A stretch of 62,982 nucleotides of DNA, counting the filler. It is 5 parts of 5 records of this genome, joined end to end, with 100 filler letters (N's around TTAATTAATTAA, not from the genome) between each part and the next. Parts side by side here need not be neighbours in the genome. Positions count along the whole stretch, not along the records: positions 33,306 to 51,854 come from SRR2962707_3175; positions 51,955 to 62,982 come from SRR2962707_3176; 3 more parts are not named here. One strand, written 5' to 3'. The notes below the pieces were generated by a model. The model saw only the letters and a program-made list of their open reading frames with translations. It was not told the origin of the DNA and did not search any database. Each line of letters starts with the position of its first letter. Within the stretch, counting starts at the first letter, position 1. This document shows positions 48,058-58,628 of this stretch, piece by piece. The translations under genes were made by a program, and so were the position numbers.

Positions 48058-49149
48058 ATGCTTAACCAATTCAAACTTCGTATACTACTCAGCCTGGTTA
48101 TTGGGCCCATGTTGCTTTCTGCCCAAGAATCGGATAGCACAGAAAATGCCAGTTCTATTGCATTCTTTCCTGCCGTGAGCTATGCTCCCGAAACAAGTGT
48201 TTCAGTTGGCGCTGTAGCAATTTGGGTCATCAAATCGGATGATGATCCCGGTGGATTTCAGCGTCAATCCACACTGTCGCCTTACTTCTTGTACACATTT
48301 AAAAACCAGATCATTGCGGCTGCCAATCACAATTATTACACTGAGGATGGAGACAATTTGGTGGGGACCACACGTTTTCTAAAATATCCCGATTTCTATT
48401 TTGGTATTGGCAATGACAATGATCAGGATATCTCAGAAGCCTACACAAATCTATTCTTCAGGGCCGAGGGACAGATTCTGAAGCGCATGAATGAAAGGTC
48501 CTTTTTCGGGGTGGCCTATGATTTTCATTTCACTTCACTTCGAGATCTGACCCCTGGAGGATTGTTGGAAACAGGTCAACCGAAAGGTGTGGATGGGGGA
48601 AATCTCGTGGGATTCGGCCCTTCTTATCGTTACGATACGAGAAATAATGTACTGTATCCATCTGAAGGCCACCTGGTCACCTTGCAATCCATTGCCATAT
48701 ATCTTGGTGATTTTGGGTATGTGAATCACCTAGCTGATTTCAGGAAATACTTTCATATAGGGACTGAAAAACACATTGTAGCGATGCAGTTCAGAGCCAA
48801 CTTTACCTCAGGTTCAGATATTCCATTTTATAAACTCCCTCAGCTAAGTGGAGATGAGCGATTGAGAGGATTTGCCAATGCCAGCCTTTACCGGGACAGG
48901 CAGTTGATGTATACTCAGGTGGAATACAGACGCCCATTGTTCTGGCGATTTGGGATGGTCCTTTTTGCCGGAGTTGGGGATGTGGCCTACAATGTTGGTG
49001 ATTTCAATTTTTCAGACATGAAATATGCAGCCGGTTTAGGGGGACGATTAGCCCTGATTCCAGAGCGTAAGCTGAATGCAAGGGTTGATCTTGGTTTTGG
49101 TAAAGGAGGTCAAACCGGAATTTATATCGGCATTAGCGAAGCATTCTAG
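48058..49149 (+). CDS. BamA/TamA (Omp85)-like outer-membrane protein
   Basis: Signal peptide; YDTRNN..YP..G, LRG, EYR, C-terminal EAF. Confidence 0.8.
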   Translation: MLNQFKLRILLSLVIGPMLLSAQESDSTENASSIAFFPAVSYAPETSVSVGAVAIWVIKSDDDPGGFQRQSTLSPYFLYTFKNQIIAAANHNYYTEDGDNLVGTTRFLKYPDFYFGIGNDNDQDISEAYTNLFFRAEGQILKRMNERSFFGVAYDFHFTSLRDLTPGGLLETGQPKGVDGGNLVGFGPSYRYDTRNNVLYPSEGHLVTLQSIAIYLGDFGYVNHLADFRKYFHIGTEKHIVAMQFRANFTSGSDIPFYKLPQLSGDERLRGFANASLYRDRQLMYTQVEYRRPLFWRFGMVLFAGVGDVAYNVGDFNFSDMKYAAGLGGRLALIPERKLNARVDLGFGKGGQTGIYIGISEAF

Positions 49150-49211
49150 TCATAAAAAAGGAACGGGCCTTTCGGCCCGCCCCAATCATGGAAAAATGAA
49201 TTCCCACGATT

Positions 49212-51566
49212 TTACTCGGTTCTTAAACTTACCACGGGATTCTTAATTGCGGCGCGAATGGCTTGCCAGGAAATAGTTGCCAGGCCTAAAACCAGGGCAA
49301 TTCCACCACCAATCAGGAAGGGTAAAGCATCAATATCTATTCGATACGCATAATTGTCCAGCCAGTCATTGGCAACAAAGTAGGCAATAGGAGCCGCCAA
49401 CACGAAGGCAAACATTATGGGCTTGGCAAAGTTTTTAGATAAAAGCTGTGTGATGCTTGAGATGGATGCACCCAATACCCGTCGAATGCCAATCTCTTTG
49501 GTTCTGCGCTCGGCAGTAAAGATGGATAAACCATACAATCCAAGGCAGGAAATGAACATGGCCAAGATGGTGAAAACAACGATCGCTTTACTTAATACTT
49601 TTTCACTTTTAACCATCCTTGCAAAATTTTCATCCAGGAAATAATACCGCGGTGAGCCTTCCACACCAAATCCGGACCACAATTCATTGAGGTCAGCAAC
49701 AAGCTCGTCACTATGCTGACCATCAAATTTGATGGTTAAATTGAAGTTGTTCTTATAGCTCATTCGAAGCATGGCCGGAGCTACCTCTTTCTTAAGACTT
49801 TCGAAATTGAAGTCGCTAATCACACCGATTACCTTGTAATTCCCATTGTCAAAGGTCGCGCCAATAGGGTCCTTTAAGCCTAGTTCAGCGACTGATGCCT
49901 CATTGAGGATCAGAGCTGAAGTGTCTGTTCCAATTTCAGCTGAGAACTTACGTCCTTGCAGCAATTGGAATCCCATGCTTTCCATCAAATCCTCATCGCC
50001 AGCAAACTGCTGAATCCATACCTCCTTATCATCTTCAGATGTAAGCGATGTTACGGAAATCATACTTGAAGCAGGCATACGATCATTTACACTGGCAGTC
50101 TGAACGTATGATTTTTTGAGTAGCTCTTCTTTTAGAAATGCAGAGTGATCCGGAATTTTGTTTAAATCCTGCACCACCATCACATTTTCCATCTCAAATC
50201 CCATGTCTTTATTTTCAATGTATCTGATCTGGTTGAATACGAAGATGGAAACAATCATTAAGCTGATGGAAATAGCAAACTGAAAGAGAACAAGGCCATT
50301 TCGCATGGTGCCCTTCTCATTCGTTTCAATATTGCCTTTCAGCACACGGACAGGCTTGAAACGAGTGATGTATATGGCCGGATACACACCGGCGATGATG
50401 CCCAGAAGAATGGCGGCAAGGTAAATGACAACAAAGTCTGAACCTCTTTCAAAAAGTGAGGTAAGTAGCTCCAGATCAGTCAATTTCTCAAAAGAGTTGA
50501 GAAATAGTTCACCAACCAGAATAGCCAGGGTCATTGCGATGACACACACTAATACGGACTCAAATGTGAATTGCGTAATCAGTTCTGTGCGGGTGGTTCC
50601 AAGAGACTTTCGGATACCTACTTCTTTGGCTCTGGTTGTTGATCGGGCGGTAGAAATATTAATGAAATTGATACTTGCCAATGTCAATATAAGAATGGCA
50701 ATACCAGCGAAGACATCCACGGTTTGCTTATTTCCAGTTGGTGATGGCTCAAATCGTAAAGTTGACTTCAGGTGAATATCCTGAATATTCATTGGTAAAA
50801 ATTTGTACAAGCCTGAGGCTTTAAATTCTTCCATTGTTTGATCTGAAGCAAAGATGGATCGTACCTCTTCCACCTGCTCTTCAAGGATTTCAGCTAATCG
50901 GGAATCCGGATTATCACCATCCAATTTAGCATAGATGTAAGATGAGGCTGATGTCCAGTTTTGGGAAGGAGTGGTATTCGATTTTGAGATCCACAGTTCT
51001 GCCGGGATGTGTGTTTTGCCTGTTGGCTCTACAACTCCGGTGATGGTAAAGGTGCGTGGATCGTTCTTGAGCTGTATGGTTTCGTTGATCACGTCCGTTC
51101 TCCCAAAGATTTGGTTGGCGATTTTAGTCGTCACAACCATGCTCTCCGGATTTTGAAGGGAAGTTTCACCATTACCATGAACAAATGGATAGGAAAAGAC
51201 TTTGAAGAAGGATGCATCTGTTCTGAATAAGTTCGGAACCGGAATCTCTTTCTGATCAAGAATAAGGGTGACTTCTCCGTGATGATCCAATGAGGTCACA
51301 CTTCTTACATCTGTGTACTCAGGTAGTTTGGTCAGCAAGACGGCTGGCCCAATGGACATATCACCGATGTTGAAGAAATTGACTCCAATGCGATAGATGT
51401 TGTCAGCATTTTCGAAATGCTTGTCATAGCTATATTCCTGGTACACCCAAATACCAATGACAAGGGTGCAGGCAAGCCCAACGGTCAGACCGAAAATATT
51501 GACAAATGAATAAGTAAAATGTCTTCTTAAATTCCTAAGAGAGACCAGTAAGTAATTTTTGAGCAT
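49212..51566 (-). CDS. FtsX/MacB-like ABC transporter permease
   Basis: RAKEVGIRK.LG, QF.IS, RRTKEIGIRRVLGA, NPV.SLR.E. Confidence 0.93.
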   Translation of the reverse strand: MLKNYLLVSLRNLRRHFTYSFVNIFGLTVGLACTLVIGIWVYQEYSYDKHFENADNIYRIGVNFFNIGDMSIGPAVLLTKLPEYTDVRSVTSLDHHGEVTLILDQKEIPVPNLFRTDASFFKVFSYPFVHGNGETSLQNPESMVVTTKIANQIFGRTDVINETIQLKNDPRTFTITGVVEPTGKTHIPAELWISKSNTTPSQNWTSASSYIYAKLDGDNPDSRLAEILEEQVEEVRSIFASDQTMEEFKASGLYKFLPMNIQDIHLKSTLRFEPSPTGNKQTVDVFAGIAILILTLASINFINISTARSTTRAKEVGIRKSLGTTRTELITQFTFESVLVCVIAMTLAILVGELFLNSFEKLTDLELLTSLFERGSDFVVIYLAAILLGIIAGVYPAIYITRFKPVRVLKGNIETNEKGTMRNGLVLFQFAISISLMIVSIFVFNQIRYIENKDMGFEMENVMVVQDLNKIPDHSAFLKEELLKKSYVQTASVNDRMPASSMISVTSLTSEDDKEVWIQQFAGDEDLMESMGFQLLQGRKFSAEIGTDTSALILNEASVAELGLKDPIGATFDNGNYKVIGVISDFNFESLKKEVAPAMLRMSYKNNFNLTIKFDGQHSDELVADLNELWSGFGVEGSPRYYFLDENFARMVKSEKVLSKAIVVFTILAMFISCLGLYGLSIFTAERRTKEIGIRRVLGASISSITQLLSKNFAKPIMFAFVLAAPIAYFVANDWLDNYAYRIDIDALPFLIGGGIALVLGLATISWQAIRAAIKNPVVSLRTE

Positions 51567-51594
51567 GGTTTGAGGCTTTGGTCACCGGTTAGAA

Positions 51595-51610
51595 TGCCAA
51601 CTTTGTGCCA
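51595..51610 (-). promoter_or_regulatory. Putative sigma-54 promoter
   Basis: TGGCAC-N5-TGGCA with exact GG-N10-GC spacing; TGTAC-N6-GTACA palindrome about 45 nt further upstream. Confidence 0.55.
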
Positions 51611-51724
51611 TCATCCAATACGCTCTGAAATCGGCGTTTTAACAATTTTTAATGTACGATTTGGTACAATTTGTGTGTTCATTGATGGACTCTGGCACAG
51701 GAATTACCTCTAAATTTAAGCTTG

Positions 51725-51853
51725 CTAATACATGGTATTGGGATTGGCTGCTTTTTCCGGGATTTGCTGGATGGAATCCCAGTGCTCACAGATCTTTCCA
51801 TCGGCATCAAATCGGAAAAAATCCATGGTGACATATTGATCATTTCCCGGCCA
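51725..51853 (-). CDS. SnoaL/NTF2-like protein, C-terminal fragment
   Basis: Translated by hand: WPGNDQYVTMDFFRFDADGKICEHWDSIQQIPEKAANPNTMY*. Confidence 0.75.
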   Translation of the reverse strand, partial: WPGNDQYVTMDFFRFDADGKICEHWDSIQQIPEKAANPNTMY

Positions 51854-51854
51854 T

Positions 51855-51954
51855 NNNNNNNNNNNNNNNNNNNNNNNNNNNNNNNNNNNNNNNNNNNNTT
51901 AATTAATTAANNNNNNNNNNNNNNNNNNNNNNNNNNNNNNNNNNNNNNNNNNNN
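51855..51954. other. Artificial contig spacer
   Basis: 44 N + TTAATTAATTAA + 44 N. Confidence 0.99.
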
Positions 51955-52122
51955 CTTACTGCATATAGCTTAAAGCATAAAGCCTCCTGACTTCTTGTAT
52001 CTGTGACTTAATCTTAAAAAATCTTCACATAATTTTTTTTAACGCTATAAAACTTCGCTTTTAAGTACAATTACAATAAATTTGAGTTTCTTATTTAAAA
52101 CAGCTAATTATAATCTATTCAA

Positions 52123-53964
52123 ATGAAAAAACTCTTATTACTATTTTTATTAGTTTCCTACAGTTGCTTAAAAGCACAATCGGAATATAGTGTTGCCGAT
52201 AATTATAACAAACAAGAAGTTATGATTACTATGCGAGACGGCATTAAACTCCATACAACTATTTACAGTCCTAAAGACACTTCTAAAAAGTATCCTATTT
52301 TAATGCAGCGCACTCCATATAGTTGTCAGCCATACGGAGAAGACCAATTTCGTTCTAAAATAGGACCTAATGAAACCATGATGAAAGAAGGAAATATTAT
52401 TGTTTATCAGGATGTTCGTGGACGTTGGAACAGCGAAGGGATTTATGATAATATGCGTGCCTTTATTCCGAATAAAAAGAAAAAAGAAGTTGATGAAGCT
52501 TCCGATACCTACGATACTATAGATTGGTTGGTAAAGAATGTAAAAAACACAAATAAAAATGTGGGTGTATGGGGAATTTCTTACCCAGGATTTTATTCAA
52601 CATATTCTTTATTGAGTGAGCATCCAAACCTAAAAGCCGTTTCACCACAAGCCTGTATAGCTGATTTCTTTTTTGACGATTTTCACCATAATGGGGCTTA
52701 TTTATTAAGTTATTGGAGAGCTACTGCCCTCTTTGGATATGAAAAAGACAAACCAACAACCGAGTCTTGGTATAAATTTCCAGAATTAAATACAGAAGAT
52801 CAATATCAGTTTTTTTTAGATGCTGGTCCACTATCTAATTTAGATGAATATTATAAAGAAGATAATGTTTTTTGGCAGCAATTGAAAGATCATCCAAATT
52901 ATGATGAGTTTTGGAAGTCGAGAGGCATTATTCAACATCTAGAAGATATTAAACCAGCAACTATGGTTGTTGGAGGTTGGTTTGATGCAGAAGATTTATA
53001 TGGACCGCTTACTACTTATAAAACCATTGAAAAAACTAGCAATAACTATAACACTATTGTTATGGGGCCATGGAGTCATGGAGATTGGGCGCGAACAAAA
53101 GAACGCCAGACAATTGGAAATGTTTATTTTGGAGATAATATCTCTAAGTTTTTTCAAGAAGAAATAGAAACAAAATTCTTTAATCACTTTTTAAAAGAAG
53201 ATGGAAAAGGCTCTTCTGGACTTCCAGAAGCTTACGTTTATGATACAGGAAGAAATGAATGGGAAACCTATGATGTATGGCCACCAAAAAATATTGAAGA
53301 AAAAACATACAGCTTAGGACAACACCAATCTATGGGAGAGATAATGACAATGCAATACTCTTACGAAGAGTTTGTAAGCGATCCGAGCAAACCTGTAACG
53401 TATAGTGAAGATATTAAAATGGTCTTTACTCCTAGAAAATATATGACCGACGATCAGCGTTTTGCTGCTCGACGTCCAGATGTGTTAGTTTTTGAAACTC
53501 CCGTTTTAGAAGACGATATGACAGTTATTGGAGATATTATGGCAAAGTTAAAAGTGTCTACTTCTGGAACAGCTGCAGATTGGGTAGTTAAAATAATAGA
53601 TGTTTTCCCTCCAGATGCTGAAGATTATGAAGAAACACAAGATTATTTAAAAATGGATAATTACCACATGATGGTGCGTAGCGAAGTAATGCGTGGTCGT
53701 TTTAGAAATAGTTTTGAAAATCCTGAGCCTTTTGTTCCAAATGAAGAAACTGCTGTAAACATTAAGCTCCAAGATATATATCATACATTTAAAAAAGGAC
53801 ATAAAATGCAAGTGCAAATTCAAAGTACTTGGTTTCCTTTAATCGATATTAATCCGCAAACATATGTAGATAATATTTTTATGGCTAAGAAAGAAGATTT
53901 CCAAAAGCAAACACATAGAGTTTACAATTCCTCTAAAATCGAATTTAAAGTTTTAAATAAATAA
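52123..53964 (+). CDS. CocE/NonD family serine hydrolase (S15 / alpha-amino acid ester hydrolase-like)
   Basis: Signal peptide; MRDG.KL, RTPY, DVRGR..SEG, GISYPG, GWFDAED, GPWSHG. Confidence 0.92.
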   Translation: MKKLLLLFLLVSYSCLKAQSEYSVADNYNKQEVMITMRDGIKLHTTIYSPKDTSKKYPILMQRTPYSCQPYGEDQFRSKIGPNETMMKEGNIIVYQDVRGRWNSEGIYDNMRAFIPNKKKKEVDEASDTYDTIDWLVKNVKNTNKNVGVWGISYPGFYSTYSLLSEHPNLKAVSPQACIADFFFDDFHHNGAYLLSYWRATALFGYEKDKPTTESWYKFPELNTEDQYQFFLDAGPLSNLDEYYKEDNVFWQQLKDHPNYDEFWKSRGIIQHLEDIKPATMVVGGWFDAEDLYGPLTTYKTIEKTSNNYNTIVMGPWSHGDWARTKERQTIGNVYFGDNISKFFQEEIETKFFNHFLKEDGKGSSGLPEAYVYDTGRNEWETYDVWPPKNIEEKTYSLGQHQSMGEIMTMQYSYEEFVSDPSKPVTYSEDIKMVFTPRKYMTDDQRFAARRPDVLVFETPVLEDDMTVIGDIMAKLKVSTSGTAADWVVKIIDVFPPDAEDYEETQDYLKMDNYHMMVRSEVMRGRFRNSFENPEPFVPNEETAVNIKLQDIYHTFKKGHKMQVQIQSTWFPLIDINPQTYVDNIFMAKKEDFQKQTHRVYNSSKIEFKVLNK

Positions 53965-53986
53965 ACTTATAAAGTTTCAAAAAATA

Positions 53987-54025
53987 AAACAGCCCGCTTT
54001 AAACTAATTTTAAAGCGGGCTGTTT
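53987..54025. terminator. Intrinsic terminator hairpin
   Basis: AAACAGCCCGCTTTAAA...TTTAAAGCGGGCTGTTT. Confidence 0.8.
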
Positions 54026-54261
54026 GTTTGTAACTATAATGTAATTAAGTTTTAAAACTGAAAATTTGTTTGCCACGAATTCACTAATGCATTAATTAGT
54101 ATTTAGTACAAAGTACTAAGTATTAAGATTTTTTTTATCCGTGTATTTGTGCTTTTATTTTCTGGTTGCACTAGTTCAGTTTGGCAATGAAACGTATTTT
54201 TTTGGCAATAAGAAAAAAGTCCGCTTGTAACATTCTCGTTATCAAGGGACTTTCTCTCTTT

Positions 54262-54338
54262 TGGGTGGAAGACCGGTTTCGAACCGGCGACCTCTAGAAC
54301 CACAATCTAGCGCTCTAACCAGCTGAGCTACAACCACC
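54262..54338 (-). tRNA. tRNA-His (GUG)
   Basis: G-1, D arm GCTCAGCTGGTTAGAGC, anticodon arm CTAGA-TTGTGGT-TCTAG, GGTTCGAA T-loop, C discriminator, encoded CCA. Confidence 0.96.
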
Positions 54339-54400
54339 ATTTAATTGCGGATGCAAATGTAATTCATTTTATCACTTCTGCAAAGAAAAAATAAACTTTT

Positions 54401-55117
54401 TTACACTAAATTTCCTAACTCATTCACTCCCAGCAATCTTTCTACAGTAAAACCTTCAGCGTGCTCCACGCCTATTAATCTCCCTAAGTCTTTCGCTCGA
54501 TAATCTAGACTATCAAAAAAGTTTTTACTTGTAATTGGAGTCTCTGGTTCTTTACTATTTGGATCAAAAAACTGAGAGCTATACGCTTTAATAGCTTCAA
54601 TTTTAACATCAATATAACCTGTTACATTCACTACAAAATCTGGTTCTATATTTTTCCATTGAATATAATGATACACATATTTAGGTCGCCAAGCATCTTG
54701 ATTTTTACCATCCAAAGAAGTTTCAATCTTTTTTAATCCACTTAAAAAACAAGCATCGCTCACTAATTTACTTCCTTTACCATGATCTATATGTCTATCG
54801 TCAATAGAATTACAAATTACAATTTCAGGCTTGTATTTACGGATCATTTTAATTACTTCTAATTGATGCTCCTTATCGTTTACAAAAAAACCATCTGCAA
54901 AGCGTAAATTCTCTCTTACCTCTACTCCTAATATTTTTGCAGCAGCAGCAGCTTCTTCATCCCTAATTTCAGCAGTTCCTCTAGTCCCTAACTCTCCTCT
55001 AGTTAAATCTACTATCCCTACTGTTTTTCCTAATCTTATTTCTTTTGCTATGGTTGCACCACATCCTAACTCTACATCATCTGGATGCGCCCCAAATGCA
55101 AGTATATCTAATTTCAT
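54401..55117 (-). CDS. bshB1: Bacillithiol biosynthesis deacetylase (PIG-L family)
   Basis: AHPDDVE, GELGTRG, RHIDH, Y.SQF, AEGF. Confidence 0.88.
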   Translation of the reverse strand: MKLDILAFGAHPDDVELGCGATIAKEIRLGKTVGIVDLTRGELGTRGTAEIRDEEAAAAAKILGVEVRENLRFADGFFVNDKEHQLEVIKMIRKYKPEIVICNSIDDRHIDHGKGSKLVSDACFLSGLKKIETSLDGKNQDAWRPKYVYHYIQWKNIEPDFVVNVTGYIDVKIEAIKAYSSQFFDPNSKEPETPITSKNFFDSLDYRAKDLGRLIGVEHAEGFTVERLLGVNELGNLV

Positions 55118-55397
55118 GTATCTATTTTATTATTTTTAACGGTTACATGGAACACCCAAATAATCATTTCTCTGTGTCTAAATTCAGACATGGATGTTTC
55201 ATTTTATAACGTATCTTAATTATTTAGTCAAAAATACATCAATCCTTTTTAAATCCCTCATAGTGGATTTAATTCCCCTAAATCTGTCCTGAATTTGCCT
55301 AAGGTTTTACGTCAAAATGAAAAAAATATTTTATTCTGAACAACTCGTGGGATGGCACAACTAGCTTTACATTCATGGGCTTCAAGCTAATCAACTA

Positions 55398-55436
55398 AAA
55401 AAGCTGAACAAAATAGTTTTTATTGTTCAGCTTTTT
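55398..55436. terminator. Intrinsic terminator hairpin
   Basis: AAAAAGCTGAACAA...TTGTTCAGCTTTTT downstream of the ferredoxin gene. Confidence 0.75.
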
Positions 55437-55475
55437 ACAAATAATTGTTATTTATTAGAATAGTTTAGAATAAAA

Positions 55476-55826
55476 TTATTCAGGATGCATAAATTGTTGC
55501 TTCCCTAATAATTCTTCTTCACTTTCTACATGGTCATCATCTGGCACACAGCAATCCACTGGACATACTGCAGCACATTGAGGTTCTTCATGGAAACCTT
55601 TACATTCTGTACATTTATCTGGAACAATGTAATAAATTTCGTCACTTACTGGATCTTGTGCATCGTCAGCATTTACTGACTTTCCATCAGGAAGTACTAC
55701 GTCTCCATTTAATGATGTTCCATCACTATATCTCCAATCGTCTGCCCCTTCATATATTGCTGTATTTGGGCATTCTGGTTCGCATGCTCCACAATTTATA
55801 CATTCATCTGTTATAATAATAGCCAT
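55476..55826 (-). CDS. 2[4Fe-4S] ferredoxin (YfhL-like)
   Basis: CINCGACEPECP and CTEC.G....PQCAAVCPVDC. Confidence 0.95.
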   Translation of the reverse strand: MAIIITDECINCGACEPECPNTAIYEGADDWRYSDGTSLNGDVVLPDGKSVNADDAQDPVSDEIYYIVPDKCTECKGFHEEPQCAAVCPVDCCVPDDDHVESEEELLGKQQFMHPE

Positions 55827-56005
55827 AATTCTACTTTTTCATTTTTTATTGTACTTGCGACAAAAACAAGTATTTATTCTTCTATCGTCGGATTTAAACT
55901 TCTCTCCTTTCAAAATAATTTAATAAGAATAAAAGTACGCCTCGGTTCTATTGTGTAAATTTGCCATGTCAAAAATAAAGACAAACAAAATCTTAACCAA
56001 ATATA

Positions 56006-57064
56006 ATGAGTGACATTCACAACAGAATTGATGCTTTTGTTAAACTTGGTGCTTTTATAGCCCAATTTACCAGCAATAAGAAGCCTGAATTTAATAATGA
56101 TAAAGAAGCTGATTTTTATGATGGTTTTAAACATCAATTAAAATTAGCACAAGAACATAATACTTGGTTTACAAACAATAACATACAATTTGCCTTACAA
56201 AATTGGGCAGATGCTTTAACCGAATCCAATTTAAAAAAATGGTTGTCGGCATATTTAATTGACGAGGTAACGCCTAAAAAAGCGGCCATCATAATGGCTG
56301 GTAACATTCCATTAGTAGGCTTTCACGATTTTTTATCGGTATTAATTATAGGGCATGAAGTTCTTGTAAAACAATCGTCAAACGATAAACATTTACTCCC
56401 CTATCTAGCAAAATATTTAGAATCTATTGAGCCTAGCTTTAAAGGAAAAATAACTTTTACCGAAGAACGAATGGAAGGTTTTGAAGCTGTTATTGCTACT
56501 GGAAGCGATAATACTTCTCGTTATTTTGAATATTATTTTGGAAGCAAACCTAATATCATCAGAAAAAATAGAAATTCTGTTGCTGTTCTTACAGGAAAGG
56601 AAACTAAAGAACAATTAGAGGCTTTAGGAAAAGATATCTTTACTTATTACGGACTTGGATGCCGAAGTGTTTCTAAGTTATTTGTACCTAATGGTTATAA
56701 TTTTGACGACTTTTTTAAAGGAATGTTTCCTTATGGGGATATTATTCATCAAAATAAATATGCTAATAATTATGATTATAACAAGGCTGTTTATTTAATG
56801 AGTCTCTTTAAATTATTGGAAAATGGTTTTTTAATGCTGAAAGAAGACAAAAGTTATGCCTCTCCAATTGCAACCGTATTTTACGAAAAATATGATGATA
56901 TGGATTCCTTAAAAGAAAGACTCACTGCAGATGAAGATAAAATACAATGCATAGTGGCTGATAATCTTTTTGACAATGAAGTTAATTTCGGACAAACACA
57001 ACATCCTAATTTGTGGGATTATGCCGATGGAGTTGACACTATTAAATTTTTATTGAAATTATAA
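56006..57064 (+). CDS. LuxC-like acyl-CoA reductase
   Basis: MAGNIP.VG, IATGSDNT, Y.GLGCR. Confidence 0.85.
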   Translation: MSDIHNRIDAFVKLGAFIAQFTSNKKPEFNNDKEADFYDGFKHQLKLAQEHNTWFTNNNIQFALQNWADALTESNLKKWLSAYLIDEVTPKKAAIIMAGNIPLVGFHDFLSVLIIGHEVLVKQSSNDKHLLPYLAKYLESIEPSFKGKITFTEERMEGFEAVIATGSDNTSRYFEYYFGSKPNIIRKNRNSVAVLTGKETKEQLEALGKDIFTYYGLGCRSVSKLFVPNGYNFDDFFKGMFPYGDIIHQNKYANNYDYNKAVYLMSLFKLLENGFLMLKEDKSYASPIATVFYEKYDDMDSLKERLTADEDKIQCIVADNLFDNEVNFGQTQHPNLWDYADGVDTIKFLLKL

Positions 57065-57432
57065 GTTTTTTATTCCGAATTTATATTTATTTAACCTTAT
57101 TGATTAATCTCTCCTAGGAAGAAATAAGATAGCTAGGAATCTGGGTCATAATTAAAATCAATAAAGTGTAAATTTAATGGGTGTAATTTTCATAAAACCT
57201 ACTAAAAAGATAGGCTAATTGCTTAATTATCTAAAAATTAGCCTTCCCTACATCTCTTTATACAAATTAAGGAGGCTATAGCAACACTCTAAAGTTTTAA
57301 CATATCGAACATTAAGTATCTAACAACTCCTTTATTTTTGTTAGCAATCAAACAAAATTATTATACTTTTGATAACAGTTTTTCTTTCAGAAATTAGCAA
57401 CTTTGTAAACAGTAAACACAACTAACTATTGT

Positions 57433-58500
57433 ATGAAAAAGCATAATTTTAGTGCAGGACCCTGCATTTTACCGCAAGAGGTATTAAAAAAAGCTTCAGA
57501 AGCCGTTATCAATTTTAATGGTTTAGATTTATCACTTATAGAAATATCACACCGTAGCAAAGATTTTATTGCTGTAATGGATAAGGCTCAGGAATTAGCT
57601 TTAGAACATTTAGGGCTTCAAAATAAAGGCTATAAAGCGTTATTTTTACAAGGGGGAGCAAGTTCTCAATTTTTAAATGTTGCTTATAATTTACTTAATA
57701 AAAAAGCAGCTTATTTAAATACAGGAACTTGGTCGTCTAAAGCTATTAAAGAAGCAAAATTATTTGGAGAAGTTGTAGAAGTAGCTTCTTCTAAAGATGC
57801 CAACTTTAATTACATCCCAAAAGGTTACAGCATTCCTTCAGACATTGACTACTTTCACTGTACCTCAAACAATACTATTTTTGGAACACAGCTAAAAGAA
57901 TTTCCTGAGGTTTCCGCTCCGCTTGTTTGTGATATGAGTTCTGATATTTTTTCTAGAGTTTTAGATTTTTCAAAATTTGATATTATCTACGCTGGAGCTC
58001 AGAAAAATATGGGCCCTGCGGGAACAACACTTGTAGTTGTTAAAGAAGCTATTTTAGGAAAAGTAGAAAGAGCTATTCCTTCTATGTTAGATTATAGAGT
58101 ACATGCAGAAAAAGACAGTATGTTTAATACGCCTCCTGTTTTTGCAGTGTATGTTTCTATGCTTACCCTTCAATGGTTAAAAGACCTTGGTGGAGTTTCA
58201 GAAATTGAAAAAAGAAATAATGCTAAAGCAGCACTTATATATAATGAAATTGACAGAAATCCATTATTTAAAGGATTTGCTGCAAAAGAAGATCGTTCTA
58301 CAATGAATGCTACTTTTAACTTAGTAGATGAAGAAGCTCATAAAACAACTTTTGACGCTTTAGCTAAAGAAGCTGGATTAAGTGGAATTAACGGTCACCG
58401 TAGTGTAGGTGGATATAGAGCATCAATGTATAATGCTTTACCGATAGAAAGTGTTCAAGCATTGGTTGATGTAATGCAAGCACTTGAAAAACAAGCTTAA
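57433..58500 (+). CDS. serC: Phosphoserine aminotransferase
   Basis: NFSAGP, ISHRS, QGGAS, DMSS, AGAQKN.GPAG, GHRSVGG.RAS.YNA. Confidence 0.97.
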   Translation: MKKHNFSAGPCILPQEVLKKASEAVINFNGLDLSLIEISHRSKDFIAVMDKAQELALEHLGLQNKGYKALFLQGGASSQFLNVAYNLLNKKAAYLNTGTWSSKAIKEAKLFGEVVEVASSKDANFNYIPKGYSIPSDIDYFHCTSNNTIFGTQLKEFPEVSAPLVCDMSSDIFSRVLDFSKFDIIYAGAQKNMGPAGTTLVVVKEAILGKVERAIPSMLDYRVHAEKDSMFNTPPVFAVYVSMLTLQWLKDLGGVSEIEKRNNAKAALIYNEIDRNPLFKGFAAKEDRSTMNATFNLVDEEAHKTTFDALAKEAGLSGINGHRSVGGYRASMYNALPIESVQALVDVMQALEKQA

Positions 58501-58628
58501 AAATTAATCACAATACAAAAATTTACTTTGATTAAGGAAAAAAAGCTAGTGAGACATTAAAAGTGTTTAAAGTCTATTGTTAGCAATTAAATCTTGATTA
58601 TTAAGTAAATTCAATAAAAAATAAAAAA

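Noticed and set aside
54103-54303. 66-aa ORF
   Set aside because: Overlaps tRNA-His; spurious
56006-57064. Bioluminescence (lux) operon
   Set aside because: No luxA, B, D or E in the contig
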